A model generated the notes under the pieces. The model was not told where the DNA came from, did not search any database, and saw only the letters and a list, made by a program, of their open reading frames with translations. Position numbers and translations under genes: made by a program. Source: an uncultured Gemmatimonadales bacterium (GTDB lineage: Bacteria > Gemmatimonadota > Gemmatimonadetes > Gemmatimonadales > Gemmatimonadaceae). Taken from it: 64,000 nucleotides of DNA. This document shows, piece after piece, positions 49,832 to 60,224 of this stretch (positions within the stretch are counted from its first letter, which is position 1; each line of letters starts with the position of its first letter). Location of the stretch: the NCBI GenBank assembly GCA_963850905.1, contig CAWKMU010000004.1, positions 416,001 to 480,000 of the forward strand, read 5' to 3'.

Positions 49832-49887
49832 GGCTCGCTCGGCAGGATCCGGGTTTCGCCGGTATCTACTTCCGACGCTCTGGAGGT

Positions 49888-50299
49888 CTACGGTCTCGGG
49901 CGCGGAATGCCCGCGTCGCTATCGAGCCCCTCGAATACCGATTCGGCAGCACGGAACGCAGAGTGTGCCGCGGGTACACCGCAATACACTGCCGCCTGGA
50001 GTAAGACCTCCTTGATCTCGTCGCGCGACACGCCGTTGTTCAAGGCCCCACGCACATGCATCCGAAATTCTTCGGGGCGGTTGAGCGCGATGAGCATGCC
50101 GAGCGTCAGCAGGCTGCGCGTTGGACGAGGGAGGCCAGGTCGCGTCCAGATCTCCCCCCACGCATAGCGGGTGAGCAGGTCCGAGAACTCTCGATTGAAC
50201 TCCGTGAGGCCGGCTTGAGCACGATCGACATGCGCGTCGCCCAAAACGGCGCGCCGGATCGCGATCCCCGCTTCCCGCGTTTCTGCAGGAGTCGCGCGC
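49888..50299 (-). CDS. pcaC: 4-carboxymuconolactone decarboxylase domain (no clear start of its own; probably fused to PcaD)
   Basis: RRAVLGDAHVDR, TRYAWGEIWTRPGL, EVLLQAAVYCGVPAA. Confidence 0.88.
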
Positions 50300-51091
50300 T
50301 CAGGCGGCGAGGAAGGTCGAGAGCGTGTGTGTGAAGGCGGCTGGGTTTTCGACATTCGACAGGTGGGCGGTGGGAAGCTCGGCGTATTCCGCATTCGGGA
50401 TGTGCGCTGCGAGCCAGCGCACGTCTTCGATCGGGACCGCGGGGTCGCGCGCTCCGGAGACGACAAGCACAGGGCAGCGGATATCGGGAGCGACAGCACG
50501 GAGATCGCCGTCGCGGAGGGCCTCACAACACCCGGTGTAGCCCGGGACCCGGGTATCGAGAAATTGCTGCTCGATCGACCGAACGGCGTCGGGGCAACGC
50601 GCGCGAAACTCTTCCGTGAACCAGCGCGCCATCACCAATGGGGCGATGCCCGCCATGCCGCCCTGCCGCACGAGCGCGATACGGTCATTCCAGGTGGCGA
50701 TTGTCCCGATCCGGGCGGCCGCGTTGCATACTGCCAGGCTGACGATGCGTTCTGGGGATGCGACGGCGAGGTACAATCCGGTCAACCCGCCCAGTGACAA
50801 TCCACAGAAGTGCGCGCGATCGATGTCGAGATGATCGAGCAGATCGATGACATCGTTGCCCAGCTGCATGAGGGTGTAGGGGCCCGGTGGCACGCTTGAC
50901 CGGCCGTGACCCCGGGTATCGTATCGCACGACACGCCACCGACCGACGAGATCGTTGATCTGCGCGTCCCACATGCGAATGTCTGTTCCGAGCGAATTCG
51001 ACAGCACCAGCACGGGGGCGTCGGGCTGGCCACGCACATCGTAGCGGAGCGACCGGCCCGCGAGGCTCGCGACCGACAGCGAGTCAGTCAC
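50300..51091 (-). CDS. pcaD: 3-oxoadipate enol-lactonase
   Basis: VLSNSLGT, RYDTRGHGRS, GLSLGG, AHLSNVE. Confidence 0.92.
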   Translation of the reverse strand: MTDSLSVASLAGRSLRYDVRGQPDAPVLVLSNSLGTDIRMWDAQINDLVGRWRVVRYDTRGHGRSSVPPGPYTLMQLGNDVIDLLDHLDIDRAHFCGLSLGGLTGLYLAVASPERIVSLAVCNAAARIGTIATWNDRIALVRQGGMAGIAPLVMARWFTEEFRARCPDAVRSIEQQFLDTRVPGYTGCCEALRDGDLRAVAPDIRCPVLVVSGARDPAVPIEDVRWLAAHIPNAEYAELPTAHLSNVENPAAFTHTLSTFLAA

Positions 51092-52439
51092 GCGTGCCCC
51101 CGATCTCTCGACCGGCGTCCAGTACTCGGTCGATCAGTGGCTGCGACACCGCAGCGTGAGGTCGCGGATCGAAGAGCGCGACGAGTTGGTCGGTTGTCAG
51201 ATGGGCACGAACGATGGGATCGGCCGCGAGGATTTCTTTGAGATGGCGCCGCTCCCGCATCGCGAGCCGTGTCGCCGCCTCGACGACCCGGCGGGCTTCG
51301 GGTCGACCGACGCGGTGTGCCAGGGCCATGGTGACCGACTCGCTGTACACCAGCCCCCCTGTCGACTCGAGATTGGCCTGCATGCGGGCGGGATCGACGG
51401 TGAGACCACTCAATGCAGCGAGCAAGTGGTGCAAGGCGCCGGCCGACAGGCGCACGATCTCGGGCACACTCTCCCACTCCGCTTGCCAGCCGCCCAGTCC
51501 GCGTTCGTGCTCCTGCACCATCCCCGCGAGCACGCCGCCGGTGAGCGCAGGGACTCGGACCGCTGCCGCAAGAGTAACAGCCGCCGCGACGGGGTTGCGT
51601 TTGTGCGGCATGCTGGACGAGGCGCCTCGACCCGGCGCCGTTGGCTCTGCCAGCTCCGCGACTTCCGTCTGGGATTGCAGCGCGAGGTCGCGGGCAATTT
51701 TACCGAGCGTTCCTGTCAGCAGCGCGAGCATGGAGGCAACTGCCGCGATGCGATCTCGGTGCGCATGCCATGACACCAACGGCATGGGGATGGCGAGCAA
51801 CCGCGCCACGGTGCTGCCCACCACGATCCCCTGTCCTCCCAGCGCGGCCAGCGTACCACCAGCGCCCCCGAATTGCAGGGCGATGTCTCGTCGGCGCACG
51901 TCGGCGAGCCGACCTGCATGCCGATCGAGGGCGTCGAGCCAACCCGCCACCTCCAGACCGACGGTGGTTGGGACGGCGTGCTGCATCCACGTGCGCGCCA
52001 CGACCGGCGTTGATCGATACTGTTCGACGAGGCGCCGAGCGATCCGACGAATCCGCGAGAGATCATCATCGATCGCCGCGAGGGCATCCCGGAGCTGCAG
52101 CATGAGCGCGCTATCGATCACGTCCTGGCTCGTCACACCCCAGTGGACGTATCGAGCCGCTTCCGCATCGACGGCGGCGACGCGGGCAGTGAGTTGTTGG
52201 ACGAGCGGGATCGCGAGATTGCCCGCCTGCCCTGCCTCGGTCGCGAGAGCCACGAGATCGAAGCGCCCGGCGTCGCACTGCTGGCCGATCCGCTCGGCCG
52301 CGGCCGATGGGATCAGACCGGCCGCCGCCACTGCTTGCGCAAGCGCGGCTTCGAAGTCGAGCATGCGCTGGATGGTGCCGGCCGCCGAGAAGATGTCGGT
52401 GACGCGAGGGGCGCCGAAGAGTGGCTCGAAGAGCGTCAT
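51084..52439 (-). CDS. pcaB: 3-carboxy-cis,cis-muconate cycloisomerase
   Basis: MLDFEAALA, HWGVTSQD, SSSMPHKRNP and QEHERGLGGWQAEW. Confidence 0.93.
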   Translation of the reverse strand: MTLFEPLFGAPRVTDIFSAAGTIQRMLDFEAALAQAVAAAGLIPSAAAERIGQQCDAGRFDLVALATEAGQAGNLAIPLVQQLTARVAAVDAEAARYVHWGVTSQDVIDSALMLQLRDALAAIDDDLSRIRRIARRLVEQYRSTPVVARTWMQHAVPTTVGLEVAGWLDALDRHAGRLADVRRRDIALQFGGAGGTLAALGGQGIVVGSTVARLLAIPMPLVSWHAHRDRIAAVASMLALLTGTLGKIARDLALQSQTEVAELAEPTAPGRGASSSMPHKRNPVAAAVTLAAAVRVPALTGGVLAGMVQEHERGLGGWQAEWESVPEIVRLSAGALHHLLAALSGLTVDPARMQANLESTGGLVYSESVTMALAHRVGRPEARRVVEAATRLAMRERRHLKEILAADPIVRAHLTTDQLVALFDPRPHAAVSQPLIDRVLDAGREIGGTRD

Positions 52440-52455
52440 GCCGAAGAGTGGGAGC

Positions 52456-53010
52456 TCAAATGTCGAAGAAGACCGTCTCGTCTGGCCCCTGCAAATGAAC
52501 ATTCCAGGTATACGTGTCGGGCGATCCGGACCGCGGCTCCGCGAGCAGGGTCCTACGCCGTGCGGCATCGACGAGTTTGAGGATCGGGTCCGTGCCGTTG
52601 TCCGCTTCGTCCGCGAAGTAGATGCGCGTGACGAGATGCTTGAGCAAACCGCGCATAAAGATCGCGACGACCAGATGCGGAGCCTGCGGCGTCCCGTCTG
52701 GCCCGTTCACGCGCCCGGGCAGGATGGTGCGTAACTGGAACTGCCCCGCGTCGCCTGTTGCCACGCGGCCGAAGCCTCGGAACTCTCCCGGCTGGGCGCT
52801 GGTTGGATAACTGCCACGTGCATCCGCTTGCCACGTTTCGATCACGGCATCGGGTACGGGCGTACCGCGGCCATCGAACACCACCCCCTGGACCATGATC
52901 GCATGGCCTGCCGCCCCGCGTGCGACATCAGCGACCGCCAAGGCCTCGAGCCCCAGCTGAAAGAACGGACCGACCGTCTGCGATGGCGTCGTGCCCGGAT
53001 GCTGAGTCAC
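52456..53010 (-). CDS. pcaG: Protocatechuate 3,4-dioxygenase alpha subunit
   Basis: TPSQTVGPF, ETWQADA, QAPH..IFMRGLL..L.TRIYF and ETVFFDI. Confidence 0.95.
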   Translation of the reverse strand: MTQHPGTTPSQTVGPFFQLGLEALAVADVARGAAGHAIMVQGVVFDGRGTPVPDAVIETWQADARGSYPTSAQPGEFRGFGRVATGDAGQFQLRTILPGRVNGPDGTPQAPHLVVAIFMRGLLKHLVTRIYFADEADNGTDPILKLVDAARRRTLLAEPRSGSPDTYTWNVHLQGPDETVFFDI

Positions 53011-53714
53011 TAACGCTCCATCGGAGTCGCAGCGACGCCGCGCAACACGATATCGAATCGGTAGCCGAGCGCCTCATTCGGAACAGTGGTCGTCCAGTCA
53101 AACGCAGAAATGAGCCGCGTCCTGGCAGTGGCGTCAGCCGTACTGTTGTAGATCGGATCAAACGCCAGCAGCGGATCCCCTGGGAAATACATCTGGGTCA
53201 CGAGGCGAGCCGCGAAGGCCGGGCCAAAAACAGAAAAGTGGATGTGCGCGGGTCGCCACGCATTCGGGTGATTCAGCCACGGGTACGCGCCGGGCTTGAC
53301 CGTGACGAACCGGTAGCGCCCCGATTCGTCCGTCAGGACATGGCCGCGGCCGCAAAAGCCGGGATCCAGCGGCGCATCATGCTGGTCACTGCGATGCAGG
53401 TAACGACCTGCGGCATTCGCCTGCCAGATCTCGATCAACGTGTGGCGCACCGGTCGGCCGCCTTCATCCAACACCTGCCCACTCACGACGATCCGCTCGC
53501 CCAGCGCCCGGCCCGACCCGGTAGTCGTGAGATCGCACGTGCTGCCCGCGGTGTCATCTGCCGCAAACGACGGACCGGTGAGTTCCGAGACCGTATGCGG
53601 CACCACGATGGGCGATTGCGTCGGGGCGCGGTCGATCGACGCCGCATACGGCGGATGGAGGTACGGCGGTTGTGTCCCAGCCTCAGGGCGCGGGTAGCGC
53701 AAGACCTGGCTCAC
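53010..53714 (-). CDS. pcaH: Protocatechuate 3,4-dioxygenase beta subunit
   Basis: EIWQANAAGRY, KPGAYPW.NH.NAWRPAHIHFS and TQMYFPGDPL. Confidence 0.95.
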   Translation of the reverse strand: MSQVLRYPRPEAGTQPPYLHPPYAASIDRAPTQSPIVVPHTVSELTGPSFAADDTAGSTCDLTTTGSGRALGERIVVSGQVLDEGGRPVRHTLIEIWQANAAGRYLHRSDQHDAPLDPGFCGRGHVLTDESGRYRFVTVKPGAYPWLNHPNAWRPAHIHFSVFGPAFAARLVTQMYFPGDPLLAFDPIYNSTADATARTRLISAFDWTTTVPNEALGYRFDIVLRGVAATPMER

Positions 53715-53843
53715 GCTCGAGTCCTTCGCGTTCGGTTGGTATGCAAGGTAGCGCGCCGACCGCCTGCGGCCAGTCAATGTCGGCAGCGGAGCACCCCGCC
53801 AAATTACCAGGGGGCAGTCACTGGCCCTCGGTGTTAGTTCCTG

Positions 53844-53878
53844 GCCCCTGACCCCTGACCCCTGACCCCCTGACCCCT
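53844..53878 (+). repeat. CCCTGAC-type heptamer tandem repeat
   Basis: cccctga repeated about four times. A related tract lies at 41556-41582. Confidence 0.7.
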
Positions 53879-53945
53879 CGCAGTCGCAATGTTCGACTGG
53901 CCCTCGCGGTTTGTTGTAGTCCTGAACCCGGAATCCGATTTTCCT

Positions 53946-54662
53946 GTGTCGACGAATCGGTACACCCGCGCACGCGCACGTTGGCTGTCACGACCGGCTG
54001 TTTCCGCCGCCCTGGTGGTGGCCGTGCTCGGTACGCCCTGCCGGTCCCCGGGTCAGCAGCCATCGGGGAGCGCTGTCCAGCCACAGGGAGCCACCGGCAT
54101 CACTCCGGCCGAGAAAGCCAGAGCGGACCTCGAGCATCCGCGTTTCACGGCAGCGGGCGTGCATTTCATGTCGGGTATGATCGGCCATCATGCGCAGGCG
54201 ATCGTGATGGCCGGCTGGGCAGCGTCTCACGGAGCCAGCCCCGCGGTGCGGGCGCTCGCCGAGCGGATTACGGTATCGCAGACGGATGAGATCAAGTTGA
54301 TGCAGGACTGGCTCAGGGATCGGCACCAGACGATTCCCCAGAGCGACCCGCGCGGATACGCGATGCCCGGCATGGACCAGCCCATGTTGATGCCTGGGAT
54401 GTTGACGACCGCCCAGATGGCGCGACTCGATTCCGCACGCGGCGCCACGTTCGATCACCTGTTCCTGAGCGACATGATCATGCATCACGCTGGCGCGATC
54501 GATATGGTGCATCAGCTGAACGCCACTGCTGATGAGCAGGACGATGCGCTGAGTATGTACGCGACCAACGTCGAAGCCGACCAATCCGCGGAAATCGCCC
54601 GGATGCAACGCATGCTCGCGGGCCTGCCCCTCGACACGACCACGTCTCATTCTTCACATTGA
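53946..54662 (+). CDS. DUF305 family exported protein
   Basis: FMSGMIGHHAQA, Q..EI..MQ.WL, MPGMLT and MIMHHAGAIDM. Confidence 0.9.
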   Translation: MSTNRYTRARARWLSRPAVSAALVVAVLGTPCRSPGQQPSGSAVQPQGATGITPAEKARADLEHPRFTAAGVHFMSGMIGHHAQAIVMAGWAASHGASPAVRALAERITVSQTDEIKLMQDWLRDRHQTIPQSDPRGYAMPGMDQPMLMPGMLTTAQMARLDSARGATFDHLFLSDMIMHHAGAIDMVHQLNATADEQDDALSMYATNVEADQSAEIARMQRMLAGLPLDTTTSHSSH

Positions 54663-54694
54663 CCGTGTCCCCTTCCCTCTTCTTCGCCTCTCCA

Positions 54695-56551
54695 ATGCCA
54701 GGTATCCGGCCTGCCTTCGCCCTCGTGGCGGCGACCGCGCTCGCTCTCTCGGCTTGCGCGTCATCCTCGTCACCGACCGTCGACGTCCAGGGTCCGTCGC
54801 CCGTGAGGCCCGACACCGCGCCGAATCCAGATCCGCGCCTCTCGCTCAAGGCCGGATGGCTCGACGCCGGTCAAGCGCTGTGGAACATGCGACTGGTCGC
54901 CGCCGCGCGACCCTCCGGGCCGTTTTTCAATGCGTCCGGCGCCACCGAGGAGATTTGGAATTCCGACCTGGCGTTTACTGGCCAATATGTGATCCAGGGG
55001 AATTTCGCCGGTTTCCAAATCTGGGACGTGTCCAACCCGAGCACGCCACAAGTCGCCACGGCATACATCTGTGGAGGCGTCCAGGGCGACGTCTCCGTCT
55101 ACAAGAATCTGCTGTTCATCTCCGTGGAAGGCGGAGACGGCCGCCTCGATTGCGGCCTGGGTGGCGTGAAGGATTCAGTGAGCCCGGAACGCTTCCGAGG
55201 CATCCGCATCTTCGACATCAGCGACATCGCGCACCCCAGGCAGGTCGCCAATGTGCAAACCTGCCGTGGCTCCCATACCAATACCGTGGTCACGGATCCG
55301 CGCGACCCGGCCAGCATATATATCTACGTTTCGGCCATGTCGGGCACTCGCTCCCCGAGTGAGCTGGCGGGTTGCTCCGACGTCGCCCCGGAGGACGAGC
55401 CCAACACCCAGCGATTTCGGATCGATGTGATCCAGGTGCCGCTCGCACACCCGGAACAGAGCAAGATCGTCAATCGACCCGCTCTGCTCGCCAATCTCGC
55501 CCCCTATGGCCGCCACGGCGAGTACGCCGCGGACACGACAGACCCCCAGGAGCGAATGTTGGTGCGCATCACGCGGCCTTCGCCACTCGGCGCGCGCGCA
55601 CCGCGACTCAGTCCACTGGGGCCGATCGCCACCGTGTGCCACGACATCACGGCCTATCCCGTCATCGGAATGGCGGGCGGCGCCTGCATCGGGTACGGCC
55701 TATTGATCGACATCCGAGATCCGGCGAACCCTCGTCGCGTCGCGGTTGCCTCCGACTCGAACTTCTTTGGATGGCACTCGGCGACTTTCAGCAATGATGG
55801 CAAGGAGGTGCTGTTCTCGGATGAGTGGGGCGGTGGGACACTGCCGCGTTGCCGCGCGACCGATAATAGGCGATGGGGCGCCGACGCGATCTACACGATC
55901 GCTGGCGATCACATGACACTGCAGGGCTACTATAAGCTGCCCGTCGCGCAATCGTCGCTCAAGAATTGTGTCGCGCACAACGGCTCATTGATTCCGGTAC
56001 CCGGTCGCAATGTCATGGTGCAGGCGTGGTATCAGGGCGGCGTGTCCGTGTTCGACTGGACCGATGCAGCACACCCCAGGGAAATCGCGTTCTTCGATCG
56101 TGGGCCGATCGATTCGACCAGGATGTCGCCGGGTGGCACCTGGTCGGCGTATTGGTACAACGGGTACATCTACAGCTCAGAGATTACGCGGGGACTCGAT
56201 ATCCTCGAGCTCCAACCCAGCGGCTTGTTGACCCAAAACGAGCTCGACGCGGCGAAGACGGTCCATCTCGATCTCCTGAACGTGCAGGATCAGCCGCAGT
56301 TCGTGTGGCCGCCGAGCTTCGCGCTCGCCCGTGCCTACCTCGACCAGCTCACGAGAGACAACGGCCTGAGCGCCAATCGCCGCACGGCCGTGGCACATGA
56401 CCTGGCGACCGCTGAGCAGCGCACGGGTGCGGAGCGGCAATCCACGCTGACGCATCTCGCGACGCAACTCAACGGCGATGCCAGTCACGCCGGGGACCCT
56501 GCGAAAGTGAGAATGTTGGCCGACGCGGTTCGCACGCTGGCTGCGCAATAA
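54695..56551 (+). CDS. LVIVD-repeat lipoprotein
   Basis: Lipobox LSAC, NSDLAF, QGDVSVY, VQTCRGSHT, CHDIT, DEWGGG and NCVAHNG. Confidence 0.85.
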   Translation: MPGIRPAFALVAATALALSACASSSSPTVDVQGPSPVRPDTAPNPDPRLSLKAGWLDAGQALWNMRLVAAARPSGPFFNASGATEEIWNSDLAFTGQYVIQGNFAGFQIWDVSNPSTPQVATAYICGGVQGDVSVYKNLLFISVEGGDGRLDCGLGGVKDSVSPERFRGIRIFDISDIAHPRQVANVQTCRGSHTNTVVTDPRDPASIYIYVSAMSGTRSPSELAGCSDVAPEDEPNTQRFRIDVIQVPLAHPEQSKIVNRPALLANLAPYGRHGEYAADTTDPQERMLVRITRPSPLGARAPRLSPLGPIATVCHDITAYPVIGMAGGACIGYGLLIDIRDPANPRRVAVASDSNFFGWHSATFSNDGKEVLFSDEWGGGTLPRCRATDNRRWGADAIYTIAGDHMTLQGYYKLPVAQSSLKNCVAHNGSLIPVPGRNVMVQAWYQGGVSVFDWTDAAHPREIAFFDRGPIDSTRMSPGGTWSAYWYNGYIYSSEITRGLDILELQPSGLLTQNELDAAKTVHLDLLNVQDQPQFVWPPSFALARAYLDQLTRDNGLSANRRTAVAHDLATAEQRTGAERQSTLTHLATQLNGDASHAGDPAKVRMLADAVRTLAAQ

Positions 56552-56561
56552 TCCCCGGCAC

Positions 56562-56618
56562 CTCTCTCTCCTTTCTCCTTTCTCCTTTCCCCTTTCGACG
56601 GTCGCGCAGCGGCCGTTG
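56562..56618 (+). repeat. Pyrimidine heptamer tract plus GC hairpin
   Basis: tctcctt repeats followed by cgacggtcgc-gca-gcggccgttg. Confidence 0.65.
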
Positions 56619-56699
56619 TCGGGATGTGCCGCCGTTTTTCGATCTTCTGATTGGATACCGCCAGTCAGGAGCCTGCCATGAGTCTCGTCCGTCGCTACT

Positions 56700-57477
56700 C
56701 GTTCGGATCGCACAGCTTCCGGCCACCGACGATCAACGGATCTGGCGCGCGTTGATGGACCGCTTGCGCCACATTCCGCGATACCGCGAGATGTTCGAAG
56801 CCGCATACCCCAACTCGCGATTCGAACACATGAACTTCGCGTACGCGAGCAATGCAATCGCTGGGTTCATGGTCTCCAGGCTGACATTCGATCAGTCCCC
56901 GTGGGACCGATTCCTGGCCGGCAACGACGGGGCCATGACCCAGGCTCAACTGCTCGGCGCCAAGAATTTCCTCACCCTCAAGTGCTCGGTCTGTCACAAC
57001 GGATCGACGTTCAGTGACAACCAATTCCACGACGTGGCGCTCGCCCAATTCGGGCCAGGGGAAGGCGTGCTGCCCAACGTGCACGATGACTTTGGCCGCT
57101 TCAACGTCACGGGCCAGCCGGGAGACACCTATCGGTTCCGCACCTCGCCGCTCCGCAACGTCGAGCTCACCGGGCCCTACGGCCACGCAGGTCAGTTCAA
57201 GAAGCTGCGTGACTTCATTGCACACTACAGCCAGTCGGATGTCAAGCTGGAGACCTACGACCCCTCGCAGATCGACCCGATCCTCTTTGGCACCCTCATC
57301 GACAATACCGCCGCAGTGCTTGCCAACCGCGACACGTTGCTCAAAGGCGTCGTGATCCCGGACAGCACGATCGACCGGCTGACGACCTTCATGGACGCGC
57401 TGACCGATCCGCGAGCGCGTGATCTGCGCTCCATCGTACCGGACCAGGTCCCGAGCGGCCTGCCGATCGATCACTGA
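56700..57477 (+). pseudogene. C-terminal half of a di-haem cytochrome c peroxidase (MauG/CCP family)
   Basis: One CSVCH, SPWDRFL.G and FRTSPLRNVELTGPYGHAG. No signal peptide and no first haem motif upstream. Confidence 0.75.
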
Positions 57478-57545
57478 GTAGCGAGCGCCATCCGTCCGTC
57501 CTAGGTTAGTCCTCCGGGCAAGTTCACTCCTGGCTGGAGCCGGCG

Positions 57546-60194
57546 ATGCCTGTCATGGACGGCGAGCGGTGGCGAGCGTTGGAGCCCTTGCTCGATCGGG
57601 CGCTCGAGCTCACAGATAGCGAACGCGACGCCTGGCTGACGGACCTCCGAGATAGCTCACCGGACCTCGCGGCCGACCTGGTCGCGATCCTGTCCGGCGA
57701 GGGCGCGGCGGACGAGCATGGGTTCCTCGCAGTACCGCTCGTCGGCCAGGAACCCTCGCTCGAGGGAGTTACGCTCGATGCCTACACCCTCGAGCGGCCG
57801 CTCGGGCACGGCGGGATGGGCTCAGTGTGGCTGGCCCATCGAAGCGACGGCCTCTACACAGGGCACGCTGCGGTCAAGCTGCTGAATCTCGCACTGCTCA
57901 CACCGAGCGGACAGACGAGGTTCCGCCGCGAGGGGTCCATGCTGGCGCGTCTCACCCACCTGGGCATCGCGCGCCTGCTCGATGCCGGCGTTGCGTCGAA
58001 CAATCAGCCGTATCTCGTGCTCGAGTACGTCGAGGGACAACCCATCGACCGGTATGCGAGCGAGCACGGTCTCTCGGTCGACGATCGCCTCCGGTTGTTG
58101 CTTCAGGTCCTCGATGCCGTCGGCCATGCGCATGCCAACCTGATCGTACACCGCGATCTCAAGCCGTCGAACATCCTGGTGACCCCGGATGGAACGGTGA
58201 AGCTGCTGGACTTCGGCATCGGGAAACTGTTGGAATCGGACGCCGGTGCCGATCGAGCCGCGACGGTTGGCGAGAAAACCCTGGCACTCACACCCGAGTA
58301 CGCCGCACCCGAACAGGTCATGGGTGGACCGATCACGACAGCAACCGACGTGTACGCGCTCGGTGTCCTGTTGTACCTCCTTCTCTCGGGTCGCCACCCA
58401 ACGGCCCAAGGATGCACGAGCGCAGGGGATGTCATCCTCGCACTCCGCGAACGACAGCCGGCAATCCTGCCACTTGGCGACCTCGGGGCCGTTGTAGACA
58501 AGGCGCTTCGAAAGGAACCCCGCGAACGCTACCAGACTGTGGCCGCGTTCGCAGACGACATTCGGCACTATCTCGTCCACGAGCCGGTCAGCGCGCATCG
58601 AAACCTGGCGCTGTATCGCGCCGCCAAGTTCGTTCGGCGCAATGCAGTGCCCACTGTCGGTGTGACGGCAGCGGCTTTGGCTCTCATCGCCGCCACGCTG
58701 TTCTCTGTCATTCAGATGCAAAACGCCCGTCGTCAGCGCGACGCGGCAGTGTTTGCCGGCAAGCAGACCGCCGCGCAAGTCGACTTTCTCTCGATCCTGA
58801 TGGGCCAATTGGGAGCGACACCATTGTCGATGCGGGAGCTCGTCGATCGTGCCCGAGCCGCCCTCGAACGAGGGCAGACCGGCGACCCGCGATTCCGTGC
58901 GTCCCTGCTCGTGCAACTCTCGGATCGTTACTCGGACCTGGGCGAGAGCACGCATCGCGGCGAGCTCCTCGCTCGCGCCGAGTCGCTCGCGGTAGCGGGT
59001 GGCTACACGACGCAGTTAGCCGAAATTCGTTGCAAGATGGCCGACAACCTCCGTACCGAAGGGCAATACGCCGAAGCGAGCGCACTGCTCGCCAATGCCG
59101 ACTCGTTGCTTCGAGCGAACCCGGATCCGGCTGTCCAGGCGACGTGTCTCGAGATGCGTGGAGGGCTCCAAACCGAAGCCGGCCCGCACGAGGGGACGGT
59201 AGCAATTCTGCAGCGGGCGATTGCAATTCGCGACAGCCTGCAATCCGCGAAGGATCTCACCTACATCACCCTCTTGGGAGATTATGCGAGCGCCCTCGAC
59301 GAAGAGGGTCGACATCGCGAGGGAGTCGCCGTCTATCGGCGAGTCAATACGCTCTTCGACAGCGCTGGCCTGGGCACGACGATGAGCAGCGTCATTAACG
59401 AGCATGACCTGGCCCTCGCGCTAGTCAAGCTCGGCGAGACCGCCGAGGGCGAGCGACTGTTCCTCGACGTGGTCGCTCGCGCCGCAGAGAGTGATCCGAC
59501 CGGGCACCTGCCGCCGCAAGCACTGATCCACGTCGCGCACGCGGCCCTGTTCCAGCAGCATTACGATACGGCCGCGCGGTACTTCGGTTTCCTGGCAACC
59601 CAGGGATTGAGGGACAAGAGCACGTACTGGCAGGGACGCGCCCTGTTCGGGTTGGCAGAGGCCGAGATCGGCGGCGGGCGTCTGACCGATGCGCGGGGAA
59701 CCATGGCAACCTTCCGACCCATCAGCACAAACCCGAAGCTGCAGAGCAGCGACGACCAACTGGTGGACTACCGCGTGCTCCAGGCGCAGCTCGCGCTCGC
59801 GACAGGAGATGCCGCTGCGGCACGGCGTGAGGTCACCCAGGGCCTGCAGGCCGCGGGATATTTCGATGGCAAGAAAAGGGGGATCTTCCGGTCGGCGCTC
59901 GTCCTGGCCGCAGAAACGGCGCTCCGCACAGGCGACCCCGCAGCGGCCGCGGCGTTCGCACGCGATGCGCGCACCCTGGCCACACTCGATTCCTTGTGCT
60001 TGACGCGGAGCGCGTTCGTGGGAGAGGCCCGACTACTCGAAGCTCGCGCGCAGCTCGCGAGTGCGGATACCGTTGGCGCGCGTGCCACGCTCGCGCAGGC
60101 CGTGACCGGACTGGAGACGGGAGCCGGCACGGGCCATCCGCGCGCTCGCCAAGCACGCCTCCTGCTGGGCCAATTGACGACCGGAACGCACTGA
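57546..60194 (+). CDS. Membrane Ser/Thr protein kinase with TPR-like extracellular region
   Basis: LGHGGMGSVW, AVKLL, HRDLKPSN, KLLDFG and TPEYAAPEQ, then a TM helix and helical repeats. Confidence 0.95.
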   Translation: MPVMDGERWRALEPLLDRALELTDSERDAWLTDLRDSSPDLAADLVAILSGEGAADEHGFLAVPLVGQEPSLEGVTLDAYTLERPLGHGGMGSVWLAHRSDGLYTGHAAVKLLNLALLTPSGQTRFRREGSMLARLTHLGIARLLDAGVASNNQPYLVLEYVEGQPIDRYASEHGLSVDDRLRLLLQVLDAVGHAHANLIVHRDLKPSNILVTPDGTVKLLDFGIGKLLESDAGADRAATVGEKTLALTPEYAAPEQVMGGPITTATDVYALGVLLYLLLSGRHPTAQGCTSAGDVILALRERQPAILPLGDLGAVVDKALRKEPRERYQTVAAFADDIRHYLVHEPVSAHRNLALYRAAKFVRRNAVPTVGVTAAALALIAATLFSVIQMQNARRQRDAAVFAGKQTAAQVDFLSILMGQLGATPLSMRELVDRARAALERGQTGDPRFRASLLVQLSDRYSDLGESTHRGELLARAESLAVAGGYTTQLAEIRCKMADNLRTEGQYAEASALLANADSLLRANPDPAVQATCLEMRGGLQTEAGPHEGTVAILQRAIAIRDSLQSAKDLTYITLLGDYASALDEEGRHREGVAVYRRVNTLFDSAGLGTTMSSVINEHDLALALVKLGETAEGERLFLDVVARAAESDPTGHLPPQALIHVAHAALFQQHYDTAARYFGFLATQGLRDKSTYWQGRALFGLAEAEIGGGRLTDARGTMATFRPISTNPKLQSSDDQLVDYRVLQAQLALATGDAAAARREVTQGLQAAGYFDGKKRGIFRSALVLAAETALRTGDPAAAAAFARDARTLATLDSLCLTRSAFVGEARLLEARAQLASADTVGARATLAQAVTGLETGAGTGHPRARQARLLLGQLTTGTH

Positions 60195-60224
60195 CCGAGA
60201 GGAACGAAGCGGCCTGCGTGCAGC

